Assembly: GCA_039586365.1 (NCBI GenBank) | Contig: JBDHKN010000046.1 | Location: 1-37,321 of the forward strand | Reading direction: 5' to 3' | Length of the DNA: 37,321 nt | Source of the DNA: Gemmatimonadota bacterium | Lineage (GTDB): Bacteria > Gemmatimonadota > Gemmatimonadetes > Gemmatimonadales > GWC2-71-9 | Part shown: one piece after another, positions 23,924 to 33,443 of the stretch | Layout: each line of letters starts with the position of its first letter | Position numbering within the stretch: the first letter of the stretch is position 1 | Notes under the pieces: model-generated | Told to the model about the DNA's origin: nothing | The model's database searches: none | What the model saw: the letters and a program-made list of their open reading frames with translations, nothing else | Position numbers and translations under genes: made by a program

Positions 23924-25306
23924 TTACTCCAGTGGCCCGGGATTGATAATGTCGCCGCCGGCCCGGTACTTCGTCTCTGCCAACTCGATAAGCCGGTCCA
24001 ATCGTCCGACAATTGCCTCGCCTCGTTCTTCTGTCATGTGACCTTCCGCCACCCTATTTCCCATCCACTGTTCAAGACCAGAACGGGCCAGCCACCCCGC
24101 TGCTTCAGGTGGCGCGCCAAATGTTTGCATAGCTCCAAATAGCAGATCCGTTGTCCATCGGGCGGAGTATCCTGCCCCTGCATCCGTCATCATGGCTTTG
24201 TTGGCCTCGCGTATCGTTTTGTAGGCCAACTCGCGCGGCGACAGGACTTCTACGTCAATCAACTTGCGTGCTTCCTCGGCACGTTCGGCCACGCTCAATA
24301 AGGCCAGCGACGGATCTTTCTCCGCGATGCGTATGGCGGTATTGATCCTCGATTGCGCAGTACCCGTCTCCTGCGTCGCTGCCGTAATGGTGCGTAGGGT
24401 CTCGGCGTACTTGTCCTGGTTTTCCACCAACACACCCATACCTTTGTAGGCGCGCACCGCCGTCCCGAACAGAGCTTCGCGCTCTTCGTGGGACATGCCA
24501 GCCGTAACTTGAATTGCTCCCGTAAGCCCCTTTCCCCTAAATCGTTCGTCGCGGGCCGCAATATCAGAGAATCGCCCCAAGGCGGTCGCCGCCTCTTCGG
24601 GGCTGGCAAGTGCCACCGTCATAACGCTCAGCGCAGCAAGGGTTTCCTCCGCTGTGCCCCGTAGCCGCTTCACGCTTTGCGCCGGCGTCAGCACAAGCCT
24701 GCTGATCTCCTCGACGCCCGTCTTGCTCTCCGCCGCAGCAGCGAGGAGCGCATTGACCCGAGTGTCCGTCTTGCCACCAAGTGCGCCCGGCCCAAAAGCG
24801 GCCCCAAGGCCCGCAGTGGCCTCCAACAGTACACTGGCATCAGGTGCAAAGCGGCGGAACCGCCCAGCCGCAACGATTTCTTCATCTGCGAAACCTAGAG
24901 ACTTGCCCTGGAAGTACATCGCGGCCGCCTCGTTGAGGCTCAGGCCGTGCTCTTGGATCATGCGCGTCATCGCTGCACGACTTGCCGTATATTCCTCCGG
25001 CGTGCGTGAAATCTGTACGACTTTTCGCAGATTGTCTTCGGCTTGACTCAGGTTGTCGGCGGCCTCACCGCTCGCCGCAGCGAAGTCGCGCGCCAACTTC
25101 GTAATACCCGCTAGGCCGGCACCCACCGAAAGGAACGCCGTCAGCTTGCTTGTCATCCCGTCCCATACTGTTGATCCCTGCTTCCCCGTCTCATTGAACC
25201 GCTTCGCCCCCTGATTCATCTCCTCCTGCTTGGCCATCGCGCGGTTTATACCGTCGATGAACTTCTGGGGGTCAGAGGCTATTTTGTAGTCGAGACGAAA
25301 ACTCAT
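23924..25306 (-). CDS. Tape measure protein (short, ~460 aa)
   Basis: Ala/Gly-rich helical; FIDGINRA N-terminus; TAEETLAALSVMT..EAATAL; position after tail tube/chaperone. Confidence 0.8.
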   Translation of the reverse strand: MSFRLDYKIASDPQKFIDGINRAMAKQEEMNQGAKRFNETGKQGSTVWDGMTSKLTAFLSVGAGLAGITKLARDFAAASGEAADNLSQAEDNLRKVVQISRTPEEYTASRAAMTRMIQEHGLSLNEAAAMYFQGKSLGFADEEIVAAGRFRRFAPDASVLLEATAGLGAAFGPGALGGKTDTRVNALLAAAAESKTGVEEISRLVLTPAQSVKRLRGTAEETLAALSVMTVALASPEEAATALGRFSDIAARDERFRGKGLTGAIQVTAGMSHEEREALFGTAVRAYKGMGVLVENQDKYAETLRTITAATQETGTAQSRINTAIRIAEKDPSLALLSVAERAEEARKLIDVEVLSPRELAYKTIREANKAMMTDAGAGYSARWTTDLLFGAMQTFGAPPEAAGWLARSGLEQWMGNRVAEGHMTEERGEAIVGRLDRLIELAETKYRAGGDIINPGPLE

Positions 25307-25992
25307 GTCGCAAAGTCCATCGGCGCGCGCTGCTTCAATTCCCACGCCTCCTCGGGGATGCCCGCGATGGCGCCGAACACGAGAAACATATTGACCTCTG
25401 TCAGTAGCCCGAGCGTCAACAGCTCACAGGGCGACACGGCATAGTTCATGCTCATCGCGCTTGCGATGCCGTTCACACACTCCTCTTGCGTGGGCTTTAC
25501 GGACGTGCCGTGCGTGTTCAACATGCGATTGATGAATGTCCACAGTGATTTATACTGCGGTGCCGGTTCGTCGCGCCGTATCGTACCGTTGTTGCCTGGC
25601 CGTAGTACCGCTTCAACCGCGAGCGTCTGGTCCGGGTTCAGGATCGCGGGGACTATCCACGTATTCCCATCCAAGAGCTTGACAGGCTTACCCTGGACAG
25701 CGCGTTCCCATTGCAGATCCAACGGGCGAGGCGGCGCTTCCCGCTCCCACCCCACCCACAGATCCCCGCCGAATCTATTCTCCCAGTGTTGCGTGTCGGG
25801 GTAGTGGCCGACCGTGGGTTGTGACCCGACAGGCAACGACAAGACAAACACGGCACCCACGCCACCGTCCGGGCCTTTGTCGCAGCCACAACCGGGGACA
25901 GCCGCCCACTCCGCAAACGGGAACCCTAACTTCGCAAGCTTCTCGCGTGTCGGGTTGCGTTCTTTCGGGATGTAGTAGAGAAAGCCTGCCAT
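25303..25992 (-). CDS. Hypothetical (tail assembly chaperone position)
   Basis: Between tail tube and tape measure; ATGA coupling. Confidence 0.65.
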   Translation of the reverse strand: MAGFLYYIPKERNPTREKLAKLGFPFAEWAAVPGCGCDKGPDGGVGAVFVLSLPVGSQPTVGHYPDTQHWENRFGGDLWVGWEREAPPRPLDLQWERAVQGKPVKLLDGNTWIVPAILNPDQTLAVEAVLRPGNNGTIRRDEPAPQYKSLWTFINRMLNTHGTSVKPTQEECVNGIASAMSMNYAVSPCELLTLGLLTEVNMFLVFGAIAGIPEEAWELKQRAPMDFAT

Positions 25993-25995
25993 AAG

Positions 25996-26940
25996 TCACG
26001 CTGCGTCGATTGTCTCGCCTACCGCTATTGCAATCGGATCGTTACTGCCGTCCCACGTCGCCCTGCAGTTGACGGTCATCCCCACATCACCCTGATGGGC
26101 GCCGCCCGCCCGTGTCGCACGGATGCGCCCCTCGGCCATATCGAACTGAATGTGTTTGGCCGCGTCGTCGGCCTCGACCGCGGCGCCCGCCACCTTCTTG
26201 CGCAGGTAGGCGCGTGTCACGCCGTTTTGAATGATACCCAACGACCCTAGGCCGGTTGCGTCGTCCAACAGGACAAGGTCACCCATACCGTATTCCATAC
26301 TTGCGTCACGTGACTGCATGTAGATATTGACCGGCCAGATGTTCCCCGCGCCCTCAACGTATCCGAGGTTGATGTTCGGATTGAGGCTGAAGTCGCGGAT
26401 GTCGTCGTCGTACTTTACGCCGTTGATGTAGACCGGGCCAGCGGTCCATATCCCATCCGCCGGTGACGTTAGCGTGGGCAACGTCTGTAGTTTGACAATC
26501 GTCAGCGGGTTATTCGTCCCGTCGTAGATGGCGACCACTGCAAACGTTGCTTGCGCCGCATTCGGGTGAGTCGCACGCACGCCCGTGATATACATAAACC
26601 CGAGCTTCACTGTCAGGATTATGTGCTGGCTCGCGCCTGCGAATGTCGAACCCATGAGCCGCTTGCGGAAATGGAACTCGATCAGGCCGGTCGTTTCCCC
26701 ATCGTTGAGCACTAAGCCACCGAGCCCACATGTTCCCAGCGCCGTCTCAAGCGCGGTAGTGGTAAACGTGATAATCGGCCGTTGGCGAGATACGCTTAGG
26801 TGCTCAGCATCGATGGCACCCCCACCACCCTCTAACAGCTCCTCGACGCCGGGGTCCAGGTTGCAATCCGTTATCTGATCTATGATGACGTCAGCGGTCT
26901 TATCGATACGTACCGCCGACAGTGCGTATGCGTCTGGCAT
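25996..26940 (-). CDS. Major tail tube protein-like
   Basis: 314 aa beta-rich, position after tail terminator. Confidence 0.6.
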   Translation of the reverse strand: MPDAYALSAVRIDKTADVIIDQITDCNLDPGVEELLEGGGGAIDAEHLSVSRQRPIITFTTTALETALGTCGLGGLVLNDGETTGLIEFHFRKRLMGSTFAGASQHIILTVKLGFMYITGVRATHPNAAQATFAVVAIYDGTNNPLTIVKLQTLPTLTSPADGIWTAGPVYINGVKYDDDIRDFSLNPNINLGYVEGAGNIWPVNIYMQSRDASMEYGMGDLVLLDDATGLGSLGIIQNGVTRAYLRKKVAGAAVEADDAAKHIQFDMAEGRIRATRAGGAHQGDVGMTVNCRATWDGSNDPIAIAVGETIDAA

Positions 26941-27440
26941 TAGAGTGTCACCACCCTTCTGTGATGCCGCGCGCCGATGGCGCGGTTAATGTGACGACCG
27001 ATCAGCGTGCGCAGTTGCGCCGCCTCTTCCGGCGTCGTCGTCAGTAGTTCCTTGACTTTGTCGGGGCCGCGGCCACGCCAGCCCTTCAGCGGTGTATACC
27101 ACGGGACCGTCATCCGGCCGGTCATCATCTTGGACGTACCGCGCGCGTAGATCCACCGTGTGGCCTGATCTCGTAGCAGCCCGGTCTCTACGAGCGGCAC
27201 GGGATTATGTGTGAACACCTTGCCCATACGCCGCTGTGACCGCGTCAAGGATGACTCACGGTGATACCGCTTCTTATATCCGTAGCGCGCAAACGCACCC
27301 GCCCGGAAGTGCCGCGGTAGAAAGCGTGTGTGCCAGTGCTGGACGGCCTTGGTAAGTGCCGCCTTCATCGCCTTGGCGTACCCGCGCTTCAACGTCTGCG
27401 GCGGGTTCAACAGGACGACTTGTGGCATTGAGAAACGCAT
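26940..27440 (-). CDS. Neck/tail completion protein (basic; Mu gpG/HK97 gp10-like)
   Basis: PLVETGLLRDQ motif, high Arg content. Confidence 0.65.
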   Translation of the reverse strand: MRFSMPQVVLLNPPQTLKRGYAKAMKAALTKAVQHWHTRFLPRHFRAGAFARYGYKKRYHRESSLTRSQRRMGKVFTHNPVPLVETGLLRDQATRWIYARGTSKMMTGRMTVPWYTPLKGWRGRGPDKVKELLTTTPEEAAQLRTLIGRHINRAIGARHHRRVVTL

Positions 27441-27958
27441 CAGCTCACCACCCCGGCCTCATAGGCCACGGAATAGAACGCCATAACGTAGGCGGCTTCG
27501 TCCTGGTCCTCGTCTTCGTGTGACCACAGCGGCCCGGTGCCGCTTAGCTCCGTAAACGCCAACCGCGCCCCGAGGTCTCCGGTTGTCCCGCTGTTCGCGA
27601 CCATTTCCTCGACGATCTGTCCGCACACGTTCCAAAAATCCATCACCTGATCGGCGATCGTGTCGCTTGTCGTGCGCGGGCCGCACAAAACGAACTCCAG
27701 GCGACCACCCACGGCGTAGTCGTTCGGTGCTCCGCGCGGCGAGAGGTGGAATGAATCTTCCTCGTCTTGCGGCGGATTGATGACTGCAAACTTTCCGTTA
27801 CCCGGCCGCGTAGGACAGTCGATGTAAAACACCGAGTCATCGAACGCCTTCTGCTCGGTGCCGGCACCCACCCAGGTTTGGAACTGCGCAGACGACGCAA
27901 TCAGGCGCCGCAAGTGCAGCGCCGGAAGCGCCTGGACATTGGCAGGTACAGTCGCCAT
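27440..27958 (-). CDS. Tail terminator-like protein
   Basis: Acidic, 172 aa, canonical position. Confidence 0.6.
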   Translation of the reverse strand: MATVPANVQALPALHLRRLIASSAQFQTWVGAGTEQKAFDDSVFYIDCPTRPGNGKFAVINPPQDEEDSFHLSPRGAPNDYAVGGRLEFVLCGPRTTSDTIADQVMDFWNVCGQIVEEMVANSGTTGDLGARLAFTELSGTGPLWSHEDEDQDEAAYVMAFYSVAYEAGVVS

Positions 27959-27961
27959 TCA

Positions 27962-28333
27962 TCACCTCTGGAACCGGTAACCAGCTGCACCGCGGTCGAG
28001 TAGGGTCGTCCGCTGCACCGTCATCTCGTGTACGCCGCCGTGCGTAGAAAAGGACACCAAGTCCCATTTCTCACCACCGATCGTCACCTCGTCGTCGAGG
28101 GCGGGCGCCGCTACGCCGTTCGTCGCATCGGTGGCTATAAACAACAGGCCGCTACGCACATCCACACGACGGCCATGAGAATCCCGATCTTCAGTGCGCG
28201 GCTGTTCTTGGAAGTCCGCATTACGGACGGCGCTTCCACCCGCTGCGGGCAGATAGGTGACCGACTGCGCGAACTCATCCGTATTGAGCATCGCGCTGAC
28301 AAAGTCAGCGGCAATTTGGGTCGACAGAGCCAT
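27962..28333 (-). CDS. Head-tail joining protein (lambda FII-like)
   Basis: LNTDEFAQSVTY..PALDDEVTIGGEKW. Confidence 0.8.
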   Translation of the reverse strand: MALSTQIAADFVSAMLNTDEFAQSVTYLPAAGGSAVRNADFQEQPRTEDRDSHGRRVDVRSGLLFIATDATNGVAAPALDDEVTIGGEKWDLVSFSTHGGVHEMTVQRTTLLDRGAAGYRFQR

Positions 28334-28339
28334 CGCGTA

Positions 28340-29278
28340 TTAGCTAAGCGTCACGAGCGCGGCGTGCTGCCAGTAGCCGTACCCCACAGCGCGATTAGCG
28401 TTGATGCCGAACAGGTAACGCGCATTCTTGAACGCCTCATCAGATCCGGCGCCCAGGACTTCGGTCTCGATGCCGGTCTCAGACTGCATGATGAACGGCT
28501 TCATCACGCTATCCGCCCGGAACATTGCGAGCTTCGTAGTCCAGGTCAGGCGCGGATTGATAAGCGGGGTGATGCTGAACCCATTGGCGACAACCGGATT
28601 TGATACGCCGTTCGTTAGGTATTGCGCCGATAGGGCCGTCAGCGTGCTTGACATATACGTCGCCGGAACCATCACGATAAACTCGCGAGCGTTCTGGTTG
28701 ATGGGCTCACCGCGGTCATCCTTAAAGAGATACATACGCTGTATCATCTCGACAAAGATGGCCGCCAGTTCGGCAGCAGTCGGCGCCGTGGTCGTCGTCA
28801 CATCGGCGCTCGGGCATTCCGTCGCCGTCAGGTCATTGGTGATAGTCCCGCTATCGCCGCTGACGTGGTCGGTGTCAAAGAAAAACTGCCCGTCATAGCA
28901 TACACTAGCCTCGCCCGCGATAATCAGATCGCTAAGCAGCTTCTCCCAGTGCGTGACTGCGCGGCCCGCCATCTCGGCGATACGCAAATTCAGCATACCC
29001 GTCTTGTCGCGGCGCAGGTCGCTCTTGAACACCGGCAGAGTCGCCTCGTATGGCTCGTTCTTGATGGTATACGCCTCATCGCGGATACCCTTTTCGAGTC
29101 GACCACCGACCCACTTGCGCATGATCGGCGCTCCGCCGAGCCATTTGTACTCTTCCGTACCGCGGTCCGAATTGAGCAAGACCCCAATACGCGACGCCCA
29201 ACTACCCGCCTCGGCGATGCTATACGCCTTGAAAAACTCACGCCGGATGTTCCGGTCGTCCAGGACTGGATATCCCAT
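28340..29278 (-). CDS. Major capsid protein, Mu gpT-like
   Basis: EEYKWLG..PIMRKWVGGR..YTIKNEPYEAT..CYDGQFFFDTDH..KPFIMQ..GYGYWQHA. Confidence 0.92.
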   Translation of the reverse strand: MGYPVLDDRNIRREFFKAYSIAEAGSWASRIGVLLNSDRGTEEYKWLGGAPIMRKWVGGRLEKGIRDEAYTIKNEPYEATLPVFKSDLRRDKTGMLNLRIAEMAGRAVTHWEKLLSDLIIAGEASVCYDGQFFFDTDHVSGDSGTITNDLTATECPSADVTTTTAPTAAELAAIFVEMIQRMYLFKDDRGEPINQNAREFIVMVPATYMSSTLTALSAQYLTNGVSNPVVANGFSITPLINPRLTWTTKLAMFRADSVMKPFIMQSETGIETEVLGAGSDEAFKNARYLFGINANRAVGYGYWQHAALVTLS

Positions 29279-29298
29279 AGTTCTGACTCCGTGGTTTG

Positions 29299-29420
29299 GC
29301 GCAAAGAAAGGGGCATCTGGCAGACGGGTTACGTCTTAGCCAGATGCCCCTGTAACGAGCACCGTGGTTACAGCACTCAGCGGGAGCTTATCCCCACTGC
29401 TTGCCCGTGTTTCTCTGCGC
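29299..29420 (-). promoter_or_regulatory. Multi-stem RNA element/terminator-like hairpin upstream of capsid gene
   Basis: 13-bp perfect stem 29309-29321/29339-29351 followed by TTCTTT on minus; outer stem 29299-29308/29411-29420. Confidence 0.55.
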
Positions 29421-29443
29421 TAAGGTTACAGTCTCCTAGCGAA

Positions 29444-29881
29444 TCACACTACCGCCCGCGACGGATCGAGGAAGTCCGCCGAGAAATATACCAAACACGT
29501 TGTGCTGCTGATGTGGCGCACAATTTTGCCAATCAGCTTCTTGGAAGTCGAGGTTAGCGAAAATGTGTCATCATCACCGAGATAGACCGCCGCTCCGCGG
29601 TTGGTGATTGCGGTTACGCCCGTTACGGGGAGCTTGACCTTACCCTGGGTGCGCACCTTCACGCGCTTCGCGTTAGCCGCGCCTGCGCTATTGTCGACCT
29701 TCTCCGCACAGAACCCGGCGAACATAGCGGCAACCGCCGCCGGCGCGGCATAGCCGGTGGCTTGGATACCCACTGCCGAGCCCTCGTAGATGATGTCCGA
29801 CGCGACCACGCCCCATTCCTCAAAACACGGGTCTACGCTGGCGTCGAAATCGCGTTTGATGTCACTTGTTCGCGTTGCCAT
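29444..29881 (-). CDS. Capsid decoration/cement protein (DUF2190-like)
   Basis: IIYEGSAVG..FAGFCAEKVDNSAGA..VKVRTQG..GAAVYLGDDDTF..IGKIVR. Confidence 0.8.
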   Translation of the reverse strand: MATRTSDIKRDFDASVDPCFEEWGVVASDIIYEGSAVGIQATGYAAPAAVAAMFAGFCAEKVDNSAGAANAKRVKVRTQGKVKLPVTGVTAITNRGAAVYLGDDDTFSLTSTSKKLIGKIVRHISSTTCLVYFSADFLDPSRAVV

Positions 29882-29927
29882 AAATTACTCTCCTTTTGCA
29901 TTGCTGACAGCGTCGACCACCAGCGCG

Positions 29928-30998
29928 CTACGAGCGTTCGGCAGCTTCCGCCTTATGCCGCTCGTCGTCGACGACAAACATCTCATAGGACTCATAGGAC
30001 TCGAACTCATCCGTGCACCCCTCGACATTATGCGCCCAGTTGTGTCGGGCGAGTTCGATGGGCCCCATCTTGCTCGTGTCCGGCTTGTCGCCACCGCCCA
30101 GTTTCGTCGTCACACCCATGTGGCCGTCGGTCGTGTAGGCGTCGACCTTCTGGCTGAGTTCGGCGTTTTGCTTTTTCAGTTCAGCCAGCGCCTCCTTGTC
30201 GGCCGCCTGCTCCTGCACGACCACGTCGCACAACGCGGCTTTCGCCTGCTCGACAGTATGCCCTTTCTCGAACTGTGTAACCGCGAACTCCAGTCGATCC
30301 GGGAACGCGGTTTTTAGCGCGGCGAGCTTGCCCCGCTCCTTTTCTACGGCACTGTCCGCCGCCTCGGCCTTTAGCTTTGCCACGTCTTGGGCCGAAAGGG
30401 CGGGGTCCGTCTCTTTCTTGTCCGCCATATCAGTCTCCTTGTTGGAACATTCGACCTCGACGAGGCCGTCATCATTGTGACCGAGCACGATGCTCGACGT
30501 ATCTGAGTCCGCGCCATACGGTACAAACGATGAACCCCGCAGGCGCGACTTGGTAACCACCATTCCACCGGAGAAATCCCGGCCGTTGACTTTCCGGGTT
30601 TCATCGTCGGCCAGCTCTTCGACCTTGTCGATGTCAAACACCATCGACGCCTGCCACGGAAAGCCGTTGTCCGCGGCCAGTGCCACCTCGCGCCCCGCGT
30701 CCAATTTGTCGATGACCGCACCGTCAATATGCAGCTCGCCGTCGTCCCTCTTGATAGACCGGCTATAACCGACGATGCGCGATGCGTCGTGGTTCTGGTC
30801 GATTGGTTTCTTCTGGCGACCGATGCGCATTCCGTCCAGGTCGACAATCATCGGCCCGAACATCGTTGTCACGGGCGCGCCGGTATATGCCCGCATCTTG
30901 AACGCGCGCTTGCCGGACTTCGTATCGTCGTCGGCCTTGAACTCGACCGTCTCACCCTCGCATATCTTCGCATGGGATGGGATCTGCCTAACCATCAC
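29928..30998 (-). CDS. Prohead protease/scaffold fusion
   Basis: AYTG..NHDASRIVG..GFPWQASM..SFVPYGADSDT then charged coiled-coil C-terminus. Confidence 0.82.
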   Translation of the reverse strand: MMVRQIPSHAKICEGETVEFKADDDTKSGKRAFKMRAYTGAPVTTMFGPMIVDLDGMRIGRQKKPIDQNHDASRIVGYSRSIKRDDGELHIDGAVIDKLDAGREVALAADNGFPWQASMVFDIDKVEELADDETRKVNGRDFSGGMVVTKSRLRGSSFVPYGADSDTSSIVLGHNDDGLVEVECSNKETDMADKKETDPALSAQDVAKLKAEAADSAVEKERGKLAALKTAFPDRLEFAVTQFEKGHTVEQAKAALCDVVVQEQAADKEALAELKKQNAELSQKVDAYTTDGHMGVTTKLGGGDKPDTSKMGPIELARHNWAHNVEGCTDEFESYESYEMFVVDDERHKAEAAERS

Positions 30999-32476
30999 TC
31001 ATCTCCTTCGTTGTTACCGCCAGGCGGTGCCGGCTCGGAAGTAACACCCTCATCTCGCGTCGCGTTGCTGTGAATGAGCGGGATATCCGCCCCAGTCATC
31101 GCCTCGCGTTCACGCTGGCGTGTTTGGACTATCTCACCAAAGTCCTTGCCGACACTTGCGGCGATCTCGCTTAGGGTCTCCAGGCCCGCGTCGACCGCGA
31201 TCAGATGCGCCTTGATCTCTTTCTCAGGATCTACCCACGCCCAACCAGGTAGCGTCACGGTGTGAGCCCAGGCATCGTCGCGAGCCGGCAACTCGTCGGC
31301 CTTGATCCACTTCGAGATCCGCCAACGGTGGATGCGGCGGAGGACGGTATTGACCATCCGGCCCTGATCCTTACGGAATACCCGGTACGCTTGGAGTAAC
31401 GCAGCCCGCGCGCTGCTGTAGTTCGTCTTACTGAAGTCCATCAGGACTAGTTCGAGCGGTAGGCCAAAGGGCAGTCCCAGATAACGGCAGACCATCGCCA
31501 TGAAGTCCGGGGCACTTTGTGTCGGTTGCTCCGGTTTGACCTGAACGACCCGCTCGCCAGTGCGTAGGAATTTGATCAGGCCCGGTTCTAGCGCGAATTC
31601 TCTGGCAGCATCACCTGCCGCGTCGGTCGTTGCACCTAATGAGCCTAGAGCACCCGCACCCTCTTCGGTCTCGAACAGCAGCCCGAACATCGCGGCCATC
31701 TGGGCAGCCGCAACAACAGCCTCCAGGTAACCGTCCATCATGTCGAAGAGGTTGGAATCGATAGACTGCCGAAAGGCCGTAACGCCCCGAACAGACTTCG
31801 GCCGCAATGGCCGCGGGAAGTGCACGAAGTCGCGGGCGTTTACCCGCTCGTACTTCACGCCGTTCTCGTCGGCGGCCACGTAGAAACCTACGGCACGACC
31901 GAGCCGGTCGACCTGTACGCCGTCAATGATCGAATCGTCAGCCACCTTGCCGGGCGGAGTCTCGATGTCCGCGCCGTCGATGGTCTGAAGTGACCCGTCG
32001 GCAAGGAGCACTATCCCGACATCGCCCCCCATCATCCGTTCGCGGAACCACACGGATTGCAAGTCGCTAAAGTAGTCCTGAAGGCCCCGAACGTCGGCAC
32101 GGGACCATGACCACTCCTCAATCATGTCCTGTGCGGCTTGGTTCCAGCCCTGGTCGCCGCTATTGGGCCGTAAGTGAATGCCAGTCCCGACGACGTTATC
32201 CACGCAACGGTCAAGGATGCCGTTCGCGATCGCGTTGGTGGCGTCCAGTTCCAGCGCCCGGGTCCGGTAGTTCGCCATGGAATAGGACAAGCCGCCTGAA
32301 TCGTGGAAGCTAGATCCCGCGACCGGCCAGTCGCGATCTAGGCGGGTCGATAGCGCCCCATTCCGGCTCAGCTCGACCGCGTAGGCTCCGTGCTGCTTGT
32401 TCCAGCGGAGAGCCCAGAGGTGCCGTTCGGCCTTGTCCTCCTTGGACATTTTCGGGGTATCGATGACCTCTTGCAT
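30995..32476 (-). CDS. Portal protein, lambda family
   Basis: DNVVGTGI..IIDGVQVDRLGRAVGFYV..RPKSVRGV..DFSKTNYSSARAALL..PGWAWVDPEKE. Confidence 0.93.
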   Translation of the reverse strand: MQEVIDTPKMSKEDKAERHLWALRWNKQHGAYAVELSRNGALSTRLDRDWPVAGSSFHDSGGLSYSMANYRTRALELDATNAIANGILDRCVDNVVGTGIHLRPNSGDQGWNQAAQDMIEEWSWSRADVRGLQDYFSDLQSVWFRERMMGGDVGIVLLADGSLQTIDGADIETPPGKVADDSIIDGVQVDRLGRAVGFYVAADENGVKYERVNARDFVHFPRPLRPKSVRGVTAFRQSIDSNLFDMMDGYLEAVVAAAQMAAMFGLLFETEEGAGALGSLGATTDAAGDAAREFALEPGLIKFLRTGERVVQVKPEQPTQSAPDFMAMVCRYLGLPFGLPLELVLMDFSKTNYSSARAALLQAYRVFRKDQGRMVNTVLRRIHRWRISKWIKADELPARDDAWAHTVTLPGWAWVDPEKEIKAHLIAVDAGLETLSEIAASVGKDFGEIVQTRQREREAMTGADIPLIHSNATRDEGVTSEPAPPGGNNEGDE

Positions 32477-32691
32477 CACGCTGGCCTCCGAAATGTAGCC
32501 AGCGCGGAACCGGTCGGGTACGTTGCCCGTTGCAGTTCGGCTGCAATTTCCCGACGTAGCTCGCGCAGGTCCGATAGCTTCATATACTGGAGGGAGCGAC
32601 TGCCGATGCTGTACGAAATGACCCCACCGCCGCTGATCCGGTTGCGAATCGCGGTTTCGACGTTTGCCAGGTCTGTAGCGGTGTACGCCAC
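32476..32691 (-). CDS. gpW-like head-to-tail adaptor
   Basis: YTATDLANVETAI..SYSIGSRSLQYMKLSDLRELR, directly upstream of portal. Confidence 0.85.
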   Translation of the reverse strand: MAYTATDLANVETAIRNRISGGGVISYSIGSRSLQYMKLSDLRELRREIAAELQRATYPTGSALATFRRPA

Positions 32692-32697
32692 ACCCCA

Positions 32698-32749
32698 ATA
32701 TTACGATATTGGGAAAGTGGTGCAAGCGTAGCTTTCAAGAGTCTTGAAA
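32698..32749 (-). promoter_or_regulatory. Putative late promoter with upstream palindromic site
   Basis: TTGCAC-N16-TAATAT; TTTCAAGA-G-TCTTGAAA at 32733-32749. Confidence 0.5.
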
Positions 32750-32771
32750 ATAGAGAGGGTTTGGCATGGAA

Positions 32772-33443
32772 CTAGGGCTCGGATGCACGTTGCGTGCCAG
32801 CCAGGGTGGATTCGATCGCCATCGCCGCCCCGGTTAGCCGGATTTCTTTTAGGTGCTCACACGGGCACCCGAAGTGCGCCCAGACCTCGAACCCAGCCTT
32901 TCGGGCTCGGCCGCAGAACGCCAAATCGGTGCCGCACACGACCTCGCCCCATTCGTCCCAGATGCGATTGAAGGGGGCTTTCATTTCGGAATGTTCCAGC
33001 ACCCGACGGGCCACGACCATGCACCCGCTGGCCACCGCGTCAACCTGCTCCAGCTCGTTCGCCAGCGGTTTGTGCATCCGGTATTCGTACTCGCCCTTGT
33101 CCGGCGCGTGATCGAATGTACTCCATAGGTAGGGGCGTGGCTCCTTGTCGGCGATCCAGATCGGGTACGGGCAGCCGATGACATCTTTATCACAGAAGAT
33201 GAGGTCGACGGGGTTTCGGCGCGGCGTGTTATCCGCGTCCAGGTTGATCCAGAAGTCGAAGCCCTCCGAGACCATCATCCGAGCCGTGGCGTTCAGGACG
33301 CTCACGTAAGGCCGGCTCGCCGTGGTCTGCGGTCGTTCAATCGTCAGCTCCACTCGCCGCTCGACGCGGAGGTCCAGCAGTGCCGATACCGTATCGTCGC
33401 AGATCCACCCACCGTGCATGACTGTCAAAAGTACCCGTTTCAT
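32772..33443 (-). CDS. GT-A fold (GT2-like) glycosyltransferase
   Basis: FDFWINLDAD (DxD), DKDVIGCPY, VDAVASGCMVVARRV, GTDLAFCGRARKAGFEVWAH..CEH. Confidence 0.85.
   Translation of the reverse strand: MKRVLLTVMHGGWICDDTVSALLDLRVERRVELTIERPQTTASRPYVSVLNATARMMVSEGFDFWINLDADNTPRRNPVDLIFCDKDVIGCPYPIWIADKEPRPYLWSTFDHAPDKGEYEYRMHKPLANELEQVDAVASGCMVVARRVLEHSEMKAPFNRIWDEWGEVVCGTDLAFCGRARKAGFEVWAHFGCPCEHLKEIRLTGAAMAIESTLAGTQRASEP

Noticed and set aside
25303..25992. Tail chaperone programmed frameshift
   Set aside because: The gene stop overlaps the tape-measure start, leaving no downstream frameshift ORF
29981..30003. CTCATAGGA tandem duplication
   Set aside because: Only two 9-bp copies encoding ESYESY in the scaffold tail
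32477..32725. N-terminal extension of the portal ORF
   Set aside because: Overlaps the gpW gene in another frame; portal start at 32476 is coupled to the gpW stop
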